Shown: positions 43,136 through 56,058 of the stretch, piece after piece
How positions within the stretch are numbered: the stretch's first letter is position 1
How the letters are laid out: each line of letters begins with the position of its first letter
NCBI GenBank assembly: GCA_020184695.1
Contig: JAANOX010000258.1
Span: 1-64,000, forward strand
DNA length: 64,000 nucleotides
Reading direction: 5' to 3'
Source of the DNA: Histomonas meleagridis 2922-C6/04-290x
Lineage: Eukaryota; Protista; Parabasalia
Made by a program: the position numbers and the translations under genes
Notes under the pieces: generated by a model
What the model saw: only the letters and a program-made list of their open reading frames with translations
Database searches by the model: none
What the model was told of the DNA's origin: nothing

Positions 43136-45578
43136 TTAACTTTGTTCTTCCTTTTGTTTTATCATGAACGTGAATGATTTTCTTGCATTTCTATTGTTAA
43201 AAATCATGATATATAAATATCTTAAACCAAAACTTTTTATAGTTGCAGATCCTGAATCTGTATCACTCAAAGCTTTAATCAAAGTGAACTGGCTAAATGT
43301 GATTTCATTATTTTTATGGAACCATAAAGAAGTCTTTGAATATTTATTAAATTTTTCTTCTTCGCAAAAACTTTCGATAATATTTGTTTCAAAATAGATC
43401 ACATCAGGTTTCATTTTTTCTAAATCAATATAAAAATATGTAATTTCATATGGGTCTAGACATTTTGTATATCCGATAGAATCAAGTTCCTCCATTTTAT
43501 TTTGACAAAGATTTCCATTATACCCTTCATTACATTTCAAGATTCCATTTAAACATTTTCCATTTTTTTCATGAATGCAAGTGTTAGTTTGATAAAACTG
43601 CAATACGATTGGATTTCTGTGTATATCATTATGGGGAAATGGACCTGTTAAAACAACTGAACAAAGTGTATTATCGCATTTAGGATTACTAAAAATATGA
43701 ATTTCATAAATTCCAATTTTAACTTCATTATTATCTTTATAAAGAATTACTTTTTCATTGGTTGAACAATGTTCTTCTTGATCATTTTCAAGATGATTAC
43801 CATAGTAAATGTTTCCATACGGATCAACAACAACCAAATCTAAATCATCATGTATTGGCATTATATTCAATTCATCAGCATATGCATTTTCGAAAATACT
43901 TAATTCTTTTATAAAGAAATTTATCCATATATGACATTGTTACTTTAATATCAGCATTTTTATTTGTTACTTCGAAATATGCTATATAATGACTTTTTCC
44001 AGTAATTTTTAAATTATCACATATACGAATGCCAAATTGTGAATCTTCTTCTACAGGAAGAAGTGTTGATAAATCAACAGATCCATGACCAATTTCATTA
44101 TCTGGTGATTTAACACCTTTATGATTTACAGCTGATTCAATTATTGCTGCACGAAGAAGAACACCAGATGGAATTATTCTGTAATCTTCGAAGTATTTTC
44201 CAGATGTAAAATATTGTCGAATAAGTGCTGCTGCACCTGCAACAGCTGATGCAGAAAGTGAAGCCCCAGTAGTTGCTTCAATGTTATGATATAATGAATG
44301 AATAAGTTCATTTCCATGATTTTCATCTGCTCCATGTTGAGATGAAGCAACATGAATCCAACTTCCAAGTGTAACAACTTCTGGCTTTTTAACACCAGTA
44401 AATGTTGGACCAGTTCCAGAAAAAGAAGCAGCTTTAATCTCATTAGTAATTTCGGTATTTAAAATAAGTTTTTGAATTATAATTCTTTGGTCAATAAAAT
44501 CTAATATTTTTTTATCATTACAAGCTATAAAGCAAAGCGAAGGGTTATCTCTATAAAACTCATTTATAATTTCATTAAATAAATTTGGATTTAAATTATA
44601 AAATATAATTATTTGAATATGTTCAGATAATACATTAACTATTTTTGGAATTAATTGCTGTAAATCTTCATTATAATTTGATCTAATTAATCCAATAATT
44701 GGATTAGTATCATAAGGAACCGATACTTTATCAGTTAGATAAAATATTGCATGATGATATTTGAACCTATCAACTTTGAATCTTAATTCATGTGCATAAA
44801 TTATATCACTAGTTTTATGATCTTTTAATTTAATAATAAATTTAACTTCTTCATAAAAAGTGATTCTCTTTTGAGAACCAACTGTAAGAAGATTATTATT
44901 TTCTCCAATTGTTATTACTGAACTAGGTTCATAATTCTTACCTTCATTTCCAGCAGAAGAAATAAATAAAATATAAGGTATCATAGGAATGATTTCATGA
45001 AATCTTATTTTACACACAGTTTCACATTCGAAAAATGGGAATTCTGAATTTACAAAAACAATATTCGAATCAAACATTTCTAATATTTCGATAAGTTTTG
45101 GGATATTATGGATAAATCCACTTGGCAAAAATGCAATTTTAGCATTAGGTGCAACTCCATTAAATACGTTAATTTCGGATTTTTTAAAGAAAGATTTTCC
45201 TGCTATAACAGATGAAGTTTTTGTTCCACTATTATCATTTCCATATCTTTTTCATAAATCCTTCAGGAGTTTTTAAAGTAACACCCCTTATATTTTTTTA
45301 TATACAGTACTAATATATTTAAATTTTCGATGATTTTCAATGACTTCATTAAGTTTTGGCGTACGTCTATCATAAAATAATGTATGTAACCAATCAATTC
45401 CTTTTTCAAGAACTGTTATTATTTGGTCGGAACCATCAATACCATGTTCTTCAAGATAACGTGGAATAAAGCATATATGATATCCCAACTTGCATATTGG
45501 TTTTCGACTCCTGTTTTGTATATAACCTCCTAAAATGTTCAGTTGAAGAGATGTTATTATGTATAAAGAAAATATCAT
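43136..45578 (-). pseudogene. Subtilisin-like (S8) protease homologue, disrupted and with degenerate catalytic motifs
   Basis: The S8 motifs appear in order: GIDGSDQIITVLEKGIDWLH, DNSGTKTSSVIAG...NGVAPNAKIAF, SSAGNEG, SFSGTGPT...KKPEVVTLG, TGASLSASAVAGAAALIRQYF. Three in-frame stops lie at 45255-45290 and a frameshift near 43900. Confidence 0.75.
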
Positions 45579-46123
45579 AAATTATAATGATCTGATTAAA
45601 GTTCTTTAATTTTCAATTCTATAAAAGTTAACAAGGAATTATATGAATTGTTTGAGACTCAAATTTTGGTTTAAACAAAAAATCAATAATTTGTGAGAAA
45701 TTATAAACGATTTGCCAATCGGTTCCTAAAATCAAAAACTTTCTCTTACTTTTTTGAAAATATTTACGAAAAATATTAAAGAATAACTCATTAATTTGAT
45801 TCATCTATTTCCTAGAATTTATTAAAACGATTTAGACCAGGAATAATAAAAATCAAAAGCAAGGCATCATCCTTTAAATTATTGTTGATATTAACACTCT
45901 GATAAAATTGATATAGGAGAACAAATGGAAATCATGACTTAAGAATAAGACAAAAGCCCATATTCACATCATATGGTCATGTGCCATTATTAATCATAAA
46001 TTATTGAAAGTTTCATCAACAAGCAAAATACATGTTAGGGCACCCTAAAAAGCATCGCCTAGGGAAGCCCACTTTTGAATATCACACAAAAAGTTTCCCA
46101 GCTAATCATTTGTGAAGAATTAA

Positions 46124-46726
46124 ATGGGTTCAGAATCTCAAACAAAAATAAAAACAGCAAAAAAAGTCACTTCATTTATTTATAGAATGAGCTCCACAAG
46201 TAAATCCCAAATCAAAAGAATACATTTTAGTCAAGAAGAAGATGAAGCACTTCGATTACTTATTCAAAAATATGGTGAAGCTGAATGGGGATTGATTGCA
46301 TCCGAAATGCCAAATAGATCAGTTCGTCAATGTCGCGAAAGATGGAACAATCACTTAAAGAATTCAATACAGAAGAGGAAATGGAGTCATGAAGAAGATG
46401 AGTTATTGAAACTCAAATATTCTGAGCTTGGACCAAAATGGAAATTAATGGAACCATTTTTCCCAGGAAGAACATCAATTAACATACGAAATAGATTCAG
46501 TTGTCTTCGTAGATTTAATGAAATATACAATCAAAATATCAACAATTATTATCAAACTCAACCGCACGAAAGTCCTTCACCTATTTCCTCACCTCAAAGC
46601 ATTCCTCCTATTAAACAAAATGATATAAAGAACAGCTTTGACGAAGAACAACCAGAATTTTCAGAACAATTTGATGATAATTATTTCGATTGGAATTTTG
46701 GTCTGGAATTTTTATATGATTGTTAA
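46124..46726 (+). CDS. R2R3 Myb-like transcription factor
   Basis: FSQEEDEALRLLIQKYGEAEWGLIASEMPNRSVRQCRERW and KWSHEEDELLKLKYSELGPKWKLM...GRTSINIRNRF. Confidence 0.93.
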   Translation: MGSESQTKIKTAKKVTSFIYRMSSTSKSQIKRIHFSQEEDEALRLLIQKYGEAEWGLIASEMPNRSVRQCRERWNNHLKNSIQKRKWSHEEDELLKLKYSELGPKWKLMEPFFPGRTSINIRNRFSCLRRFNEIYNQNINNYYQTQPHESPSPISSPQSIPPIKQNDIKNSFDEEQPEFSEQFDDNYFDWNFGLEFLYDC

Positions 46727-47759
46727 ATAAATTTAATAAAAATTTTGCGCTTAATACCAATATTTGTCAATTTTTAAAAACATTATTTTTGATAAAATTA
46801 TGAAAATAACAAAGATTTAATTTAGAAATGGATAATATAAAAGCGGAGAGAAATCAATTACTAAGTTGTCATGAAATCACTTAGAATAACAATTTTTACT
46901 TGAATTTAAATCAAAAGAAATCATGAAAACAATATGATACACATTGAAGCAATAACAAAAAGTGAAATATATTCGTTTTATATAGAATGAAATTGCTGAA
47001 TTAATAAAGTAAGCATTGAGAATATTAATAAAAATTTGTTTCAAATCCATCTATTTTCATCATTTAAAATAATTCATTATTAATTTCTTCAAATATTATC
47101 AATTGAAATTTATTCATTTGATTTCGATTGTGTTTTTATTCTTTCTTTTTTATTATGGAAAATCAAAATTTTTGTTATTATAATTATTGCTGCTCCTCTG
47201 CAATTGATACCTATTATTTCTTTTTTTTTGATAATATATTACCTTTTTGAGGTTGATTATCTTAATGAATACACAAATTTTTTATTCATAAAACTATAAT
47301 TTGTAACTTAAATCACCACTAAACTCTGAATTGAAGTGAACTTCCTTCCGAAAATATTAAAGACATTTCATGAAATAAATTCTACAATTTCTCCACATAG
47401 GTACAAAAATAACATGTTATCACAGCATTATTTCAATACTCATTTGAAATCATTTAAAAATAAGTCTTTAAAAAGACACATAATATATAGACGTATTGAA
47501 AAACTGTCTACCTTGATAAGAATAAAAGTTTAATGAATAAATATTCATTGTACAATATCACACAATGCCTTTTTAAAGAATCTATCGTTTAAAGGCCATC
47601 GTTTTTAAAAACTTCCGTTTTGAAGCAATTGCAAAAGTTAAAATCCTTTGCATTTTAGGCAACAAATACCTTCTATTGCAAGAATCATTATATATATTTT
47701 TCCAAGCAGTTCTTCGAAGTTGTATGAAAGTAAACAGTTTTTTGTGATAAAAACATTAC

Positions 47760-47975
47760 TATAAGATCATCAAAAATGAAACGCATTTTTCTCCTAATTT
47801 TTTTAATTTGTTAATATCTTCAATTTTATTTTCATAAATATATTTAAAAATTTCATTTCGATGAAACTTAATTGCTGTTTCATCTGCATTTTGAAAAGAT
47901 GAATGATTTTGTTCACATAAATGAATGATTTCTTCATTTCCGCCTGCAATAATTGATTTGATATATTAATGCATT
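47760..47975 (-). pseudogene. DUF3447-ankyrin family relic
   Basis: The minus strand reads IAGGNEEIIHLCEQNHSSFQNADETAIKFHRNEIFKYIYENK, closely resembling genes A and B; the flanks are broken. Confidence 0.7.
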
Positions 47976-48199
47976 CATTTTTTTAGCATCTGTAATATTT
48001 TTGTGAAACATTTTGTATAAACAAGTATATCTTTTCCTTTTGAAGTATTACTTGATAATATAATGAACCAATTCCCTCCATCTGAATCATGTGCAAAATG
48101 GTTGGAATGGTGTAATATTTTTAGTTTCTTCAACAAATGATATAGTAATTCCTCCAAATATTTTACCATTGTTATGTGCTAATGAAGTTCTTTTATTGA

Positions 48200-48840
48200 G
48201 GACTTCTATTCGTTTGATTTTTAGATGATTTTCCTGTTTCATCACCTAATAATATTTTCTTGCCGATATGTTCACCACCAACTTTAATTCAACACATTTA
48301 TTACCTAACTCATAAAATTTAGCTGCTTCAAGTCATAAATGAACTTGATAATGAAGTGGATCTCCTTCAGCCCAAAATACAATTTAGCCACCATTTTACC
48401 ATTACTGAATTAATACTTCATTAAATTGTCCAACTAAATTAGAATCTTCATGTGGATTGTTTTGATGAGGTAAGACTGCATTATGTGGACCGCACATTAC
48501 CCATACAGCATAATAGTCACAATATTCATGTTTAGTTTGCTTTGTTAATTCAACAATTGCATCATATTAATTTATAACTACTTTAAGTTCAATGCCAAAA
48601 TGATCTACAGCTGTTTTGATACATTCGGTATGACCTTCTTCACTTGATTTAAATATATAATCTGGATGAACTTCTGTGGACTCTTTCTCAGGATTTAATT
48701 CATTTGGCCATAACATTACTATAAGTATTTTTTGACCTTTTCAGAAATCTTTCACATACATTTGAGTATCCTTTCCAGTTGGACTAACGAAACCAATATC
48801 TGCATTTCCTTCATCTTGTTATTCATTATAGAAAAATCAG
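48200..48840 (-). pseudogene. Degraded member of a repetitive trichomonad protein family
   Basis: The minus strand reads GQKILIVMLW...CIKTAVDHFGIELKVV...YYAVWVMCGP...NLVGQFNEVLI...IVFWAEGDPLHYQV with several stops. Confidence 0.55.
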
Positions 48841-49988
48841 AAAATGCTTTAAGTACAGGTAGTATTTAATGTAATTCATTTTTATGATCAGAAAATGTAG
48901 GATTATCTTGATTTGAAATTATATCTTTAAATATTTCATAAATGTATCTGATTTAGGTATTGAATTTTGTATTAGTAGAACTTGTCGAAGTTTTTCTATT
49001 AAATCTTCACCGTGGTTCCTTTAGAATATATACCTATACCAATTGTATTAATACCAATTTGATCACATGAATTAACTTGTTCAAGTATTCGTTTATGTTC
49101 ATTTTCTTGATATAACCCATCAGCAATTACAAATAATCGAATAACCTGCCGATTTAATTCTTCTAAGATCTAAAGATGCATGAATAGCTGAAGCTAAATC
49201 AACATTTCTTTTTATTGTTTTGGACAAATGCAAATGATGATTCCCAAATTAGTGATTATTACTTTATGCTCGAAATGTACTTACACCAGAACATAATTTA
49301 TTTGGTGAACCTTCACTGATTAAATCAAAACTTGGTAAATCAATTTGATTGGAGAATCTTATGTTTTCACAAATTTTTAATTTGATTTTTTTTTTGAAAA
49401 TGTTTCATGTCACATGTCTATAAATAAAACATGTGAAGTAATTTAACGTCTTTGTAAAAAAAAAAAAATTAAAATTACATTATGGTTTTATGCTTCTTAA
49501 CACTCATTTCTAAAATAGTTTTACAATAAATAAACATTTTTAAATTTATTTTCATTTTTATTTTGTAGTATTAATTTTTTGTTTATATTGAACTCATTAA
49601 TTTTCTTCATCATTTATGAATTGATTTGCATCTTGATTTATTACTTTCGCTTTACTTTTTAAATTTGAATATGTTATTTTACAATTGGCACTTATTTTTT
49701 TATTGATTAATAATTAGTTCCATGTTAATTAAGTGTAAGTGTGAAAGTTATATTCTGTGATGTAAATAAGCCATATGTGCTTTGATATTTATACCTCATT
49801 ATTCATCGTATTGAATGTATTAAAGATATTTGATCATATCCATTTAATATCATTATAAAAGTTTTAAAGTTATTTTTAAGACGATGTAATCCATTAATGT
49901 TATGTATCATCGAAATATTTTATTTCATAAGATTCATATAATATTTATAATTATCATTACAAAATTTACAAATATCTAATATTGAAAA

Positions 49989-51250
49989 TTATATTTGTTC
50001 TATAAATTTTTCTTCTTCTTGAAAATCTTCAGCAAATGGATCTTCTTCAATATTTATGTTACTTATTCCTGTTGTAAATGTATTCGTCGTTTCGTTTTCA
50101 TTTTGTTCTGATTTATCATTTTCATAAATTTCTTCTTTTTTATTTCGAATATGTTTCAATAATATAATTAATAATATGATAATGACTATTACTATAACAA
50201 TTACACAAACAGAAATGATGGTAATTGTTGTTTTATTATCGTTATTTTGATTATCATTATTATCAGTGTAAAACATTGTAAAGAAATTGGAATAATAATT
50301 ACAATAAGTCGAATAAATAACAATCGTATAATTGTAATAAATAAATTCTGTTTCAATATATGAAAATGTCGAATTATTTATATATAATGAAAATGTTTTC
50401 GTTTTTGTTTCATAAATAGTTAATGAATGTGTAATTGATAATGTAATTGTTAATGTATATGAAAATGATAATGAAATATCACTTTGAAGTGATGCAGTAA
50501 ATGTATTCGAATTAGAAAATGTATTCGATAGACTAAATGAATATAATTCTGATAATGATATTGAATCTGACCGTGCATATGTATTCGAATTAGAAAATGA
50601 ATGTGTTGGAAGTGGTTCGCATGTTCCTTCTGTGTTGTCTTTATCAACATCTAAATTTCCAAATTTACTTCCTACGTATGTTGGATATGTGATAACACTT
50701 GTAAAAACATTATAAAATGCATTTTCACCAATTTCTGGTTCTGAATCTCCATAATAATAAATACATTGAAGATTATAACAATTACCAAATGCTGAACTTC
50801 CAATATTTCTTATTCCATAGCCAAGTATTAATAAAGTTAAATTAGAACATGATGAAAATGCTGAATTTCCAATTGTTGTGACTGAATTTGGAATTGTAAT
50901 GTTTTTTATTGATGAACACAATGAAAATGCTGAACCACTAATTGCTGTAACATTTTTTCTCCAATGATAATCGTAACTAATTTAGAACATGACAAAAAAA
51001 CACATAACCTCCAATATACGTGACTGAATTACCAAAATTAACTGAAACAACTGAAGCCCATTCTGAAAATGAATTACCTGGAATTGAATAAATATTTTCA
51101 CTGATAATTATAAATTTCGTTATATTTTGATATTGATCAACATCAATAAAATCATTTGAATTTGTGATTGTAAGTGTTAAATTATCATCATTATATATTT
51201 GATAAGAGTTCATAAAGAATATAACGAAAACAAAAATAGAAACAAAAATA
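49989..51250 (-). CDS. BspA-like surface protein, copy 1 (frameshifted at ~50950-51000)
   Basis: LRR, stalk, TM helix and a DPFAEDF tail. Relative to copy 2, two homopolymers are each 2 nt longer and break the frame. Confidence 0.7.
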
Positions 51251-52594
51251 TTTTCAATTTTTTTCTTATCTTTTACTTTCAATGTATATTTGGTCGTCAA
51301 TATTTTCTGAACTGAAATTGTGTTTTTCTGACAAAATTTGATATAAATAACCGGAAATGTAATTGAAAAAATGATGGTTAAATGATGTAAAACATTCAAA
51401 ATGTTTGGTCCTTCTTCGTTGTAGTTTCGCATCATAAAAAAATGTGAAAATTCACGTTTTATTGGACATACATCTTCATAAGATTTGTTATATGTTTTAT
51501 CAAATATACCATTTTTGACAAATATATCAATTTCAAAGTATTTTTCCAAAATGTTTGAAAAATATGTTCTTTGAATTTTTTGTTTGTTATTAAAATTCTG
51601 ATGTACAATTATTGTAGATTCATTATATGGCATCAAATTTAAAAATAATTTGTTTATCAAAACTTTATAATTATTGTTAAATCTTTTATATTTTTTGTTC
51701 ATAATTTCATTAATTGATACATCCTCATCACATTTGTAAGTCATACTTTTCTTGTTTTCGTGAATTTGTATTTTTAATTTTTCTTTTTGAATGATATAAG
51801 GTGTAATAAGCTTTGTATCGGTTATTAATCGTTTCATCATGATGAAAATGCTGAACAAAAGAAAGATCCTCATTTTTCAGCTTGTAATATATCTATAGAC
51901 CTTCACTAAATAAACATCGGCTATCACAAAAGTTTAAAATCTCACGGTTAAACTTTTAAAAACCTGTTGTTTTATTGTCGTTTTTCAAACCAATTTTGAA
52001 ATATTTGTATCGATCTTTTAATACAGAATCAAAGAAACAGCCTTAAAACATTATAAATTCACTTTTAAATAACATAATGAATATATGTTATAGAACTAAA
52101 TTTATGCTTTAATTTGGTGTGCCGTTCATTTATCTAAGATATTTTCATCATTATAAAATTCATTTTTTTTTAACATTGGCAATTCTGTTATTATATGCTT
52201 TTATAGTTTATTATTATTATATATAATTAACAAAATATAAGGAGTTCTTTATGTCCAAAATCAATTACATTGTATTTTTAATTTAGAAGATATTTTTTGA
52301 TTTTGAGAATAAAGAATTCAAGTAAAGTTTATCCCATTTCATTCAAAAGTTTACATTTAATGTATTTACAATCATAATTCAAAATTATTGATCAATGTTC
52401 AACAAAATATTTAAAGTCAGTGATACTATTTAAACACCACAAAATCCAAAATTTCATATTTATATAAACTAATTCAAAACATTTTAAAGTCAAAATGATA
52501 GAATCGTTAATATGATTTCATTTTATTTTATATGACAACACATAATTTTTATATATACATTAAATCAAAAAATTTTCATTATTACACATTTTAT

Positions 52595-53774
52595 TCATAG
52601 CCAATTGTCTTCATCTTCTTTCACAATATCATCAACTAAACTATTTACTTCTTCAATTTGCTTTGTACTTGATGTTGTCGTGTCCTTAAATTGTAACTTT
52701 GATTTCGATTTTTCTTTCTTATTATTACTTCTCACTAAAAATATAACAATTCCAACAATGATCAAAACAAATGCAAATGATCCGCAAATAATTCCAATCA
52801 AAGCATTTGTCGTAATTCCATTTGGCGAATTTTCATTGGAAGTGTAAAACATTGTAAAGAAATTGGAATAATAATTACAATAAGTCGAATAAATAACAAT
52901 CGTATAATTGTAATAAATAAATTCTGTTTCAATATATGAAAATGTCGAATTATTTATATATAATGAAAAATGTTTTCGTTTTTGTTTCATAAATAGTTAA
53001 TGAATGTGTAATTGATAATGTAATTGTTAATGTATATGAAAATGATAATGAAATATCACTTTGAAGTGATGCAGTAAATGTATTCGAATTAGAAAATGAA
53101 TGTGTTGGAAGTGGTTCGCATGTTCCTTCTGTGTTGTCTTTATCAACATCTAAATTTCCAAATTTACTTCCTACGTATGTTGGATATGTGATAACACTTG
53201 TAAAAACATTATAAAATGCATTTTCACCAATTTCTGGTTCTGAATCTCCATAATAATAAATACATTGAAGATTATAACAATTACCAAATGCTGAACTTCC
53301 AATATTTCTTATTCCATAGCCAAGTATTAATAAAGTTAAATTAGAACATGATGAAAATGCTGAATTTCCAATTGTTGTGACTGAATTTGGAATTGTAATG
53401 TTTTTGATTGATGAACACAATGAAAATGCTGAACCACCAATTTCTGTAACATTTTCTCCAATGATAATCGTAACTAATTTAGAACATGACAAAAACACAT
53501 AACTTCCAATATTTGTGACTGAATTACCAAAATTAACTGAAACAACTGAAGGCCATCCTGAAAATGAATTACCTGGAATTGAATAAATATTTTCACTGAT
53601 AATTATAAATTTCGTTATATTTTGATATTGATCAACATCAATAAAATCATTTGAATTTGTGATTGTAAGTGTTAAATTATCATCATTATATATTTGATAA
53701 GAGTTCATAAAGAATATAACGAAAACAAAAATATTTTTATGTTTTTTCTTTTCGTTTGCTTTCAATTTATTCAT
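52595..53774 (-). CDS. BspA-like surface protein, copy 2 (frameshifted at ~52965)
   Basis: Near-identical LRR and stalk to copy 1 with a different TM helix and tail. One extra A in a homopolymer relative to copy 1. Confidence 0.7.
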
Positions 53775-55079
53775 TAAAAAATTGATTTCAAAAAATAAAA
53801 AAAATTCCAAAATAAAAAAGTTATACATTAGAACTTGAGCATTTTCATTGAATTTGAACATTTTCTTCATGAAATTATTATTCATTGAAATTGGTAAATG
53901 AGCTTTTAATGAAAAATGATTAAATGTCAAAGAAGAGAATTTGAAACAATGTTTAACATATGATATCGGTAACTTTAATAAAGAGGAATGATGCTGATAT
54001 TCTTCTGTGATATAATTAAATGTATTTGATTCATTCGCTGATTGCATAATAAATTTTGTGATTTTAATGGATACACACTCTTTGTTATGGGCTGGGATAG
54101 GTAAGCATATATGGCCTTTGGATTCTAAAGTGATATAAGGAGAATGTTTGAGAGTTTGAGAAATAGATAATTGATCACTAAAAATCGTTGAACCTGAATT
54201 TTTTGGAGAAATTTGTAATGAGCAAAAGAAACACATGGGTAAAACCAGAAAGAAAGAACACATTTGCGAGAAAACTTGAGAAGCTTGCTAATAAATCAGT
54301 CAAAAACGATACAGAGAGTTTCAACCGCGCCGAGTTTTCGTCGGTTCATTGTTTTAACTTTTATTGATGCGTGTTTTGTTGTTTTTGCGATCGGAAGCTG
54401 TTTACAAAGCTGAAAACGTAATGTCTTTTTTTGAAAAGTGACAGAAAGTTCCCTCATTTCAATTGCCAAAACAACAAAAAAATGAAAGAAAGTGATATCG
54501 CTCGAAATAAACGAACGGAATTATGAAAGAAAAACGCTCAAAAAGTTCACTTTTACACAATTACGTATTGAATTTTGAATGCAAGTTTTGGGGAGTAATC
54601 TAAACGGCCGCGCTTTTTTTTACCAACTGGATTCAGCTTGCTTGAACTAATAATTTTCTATCATTTTCGTACTGAATCAACCAAGAAATACATAGAATCA
54701 TAAATTCATTTCCGCTAACAATTTCACAATTACAAGTGAATATTTAGAATCGGAATTATACAAGAATAAGCTTCGCGTTGTTCGATGAGCAAAGCAAACA
54801 AAAAGAAATTTTAAAAAAGAACTCATTGAGAATAAATAAAATTATTAAAACGTTTTAAAATATTGTGTGCTAGTAAATAAGTTTATTCGTTAATTAAAAA
54901 TAAGCATACGCTTGATAGAATGCGATGTGTTTTTCAATCAGTTAATGGAGGCAGATCCGCACAACTAAGTGGTGAACTTTTGGATGTAAGCTGTAGTGAA
55001 TAAGGTGTTTCACTATCCATGCTTTTGTTGACATTTATGTTGAAAAGTATTTGTAATGTAACGAATGAAAAACTACAGA

Positions 55080-55620
55080 GTTATATCATTATTTTCACAA
55101 TTATAAGATGATTATATACAGACAAAGTTTTGAATAATCGAACCTCTACAAATACAATAGCATTACAAATATCGATATACAACAACATTCGGAAGATTCA
55201 TTACATTTAAAAACGAAGTTTGATCAATAGAACTAATATAACAAAAAAAACATATTGATATTGATTTTGGTGAATATGCAAAATATGTTAATTCTCGGAT
55301 ATTGTAAGGTGTGCACATCCACACACTTCACCTGCAAAAGATGCTCAGCATTACTTTTGTTAATTGTTTCCAGCAAAAATTGATTCTTTTGGTAACAAGA
55401 GATCTTATTCTAATTTGTACACGCATGCATGGCATATTGTTTCTCAACTGTTTTATCACATAAAAATGCTCATTGAAACAAAAATTTTTTGATGATGGAA
55501 TAAGTACTTTACAATAACGATACATACTGAATCTCCAGCGGTTTGAATTCCCCAAAAAGATGTTTATTATAACTCATAGACGGGAAAGAACAAGCTGATA
55601 TTGAGTTGTATGTCTCTAAT
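55080..55620 (+). pseudogene. Degraded coding relic
   Basis: Fragments TFGRFITFKN and CAHPHTSPAKDAQHYFC*LFPAKIDSFGNKRSYSNLYTHAW are interrupted by stops. Confidence 0.4.
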
Positions 55621-56058
55621 TTTATGAAATAAGAGAATTGGAAAGAAAATAAAAATAATAAATCCAAAATCAAATCCAGGTTGCTTTGTCAAGGAATGTA
55701 TGTGAATAAAAAACAAGAAAAGTGACAATTATACCAAGTCTTACTTTAAATTTTCAATTTGTCCATTGTTGATCTTCAATTTATTTAATTCATTTCATAA
55801 AAACAAAATCACAGAAAACAAAGCAAAATATAACTATGTAAAACATCAAATAACTCAGGATTGTATTTTAGATAAACTTCATTGATTGGTTGAAGAAGAA
55901 AATTAAGGTTATTAAAAATAATCCACAGCTTATAATATATTAGAAAATGTATGAATACAGTTACATGAAGAAAAATTATAATTTTCGAAAAGTTCACACG
56001 ACCCCATTGAATAAGACCGTTTAACAAACGGTCTCGACCTATGAAAAGTTAAAATTTC

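Noticed and set aside
46035-46048. TTAGGG-CA-CCCTAA as a telomeric fusion
   Set aside because: There is a single hexamer on each side only; it is better treated as an instance of the GGGCACC motif.
54250-55050. Relatively GC-rich intergenic stretch as ncRNA or transposon
   Set aside because: I found no terminal repeats, transposase motifs or recognisable RNA structure that I can support.
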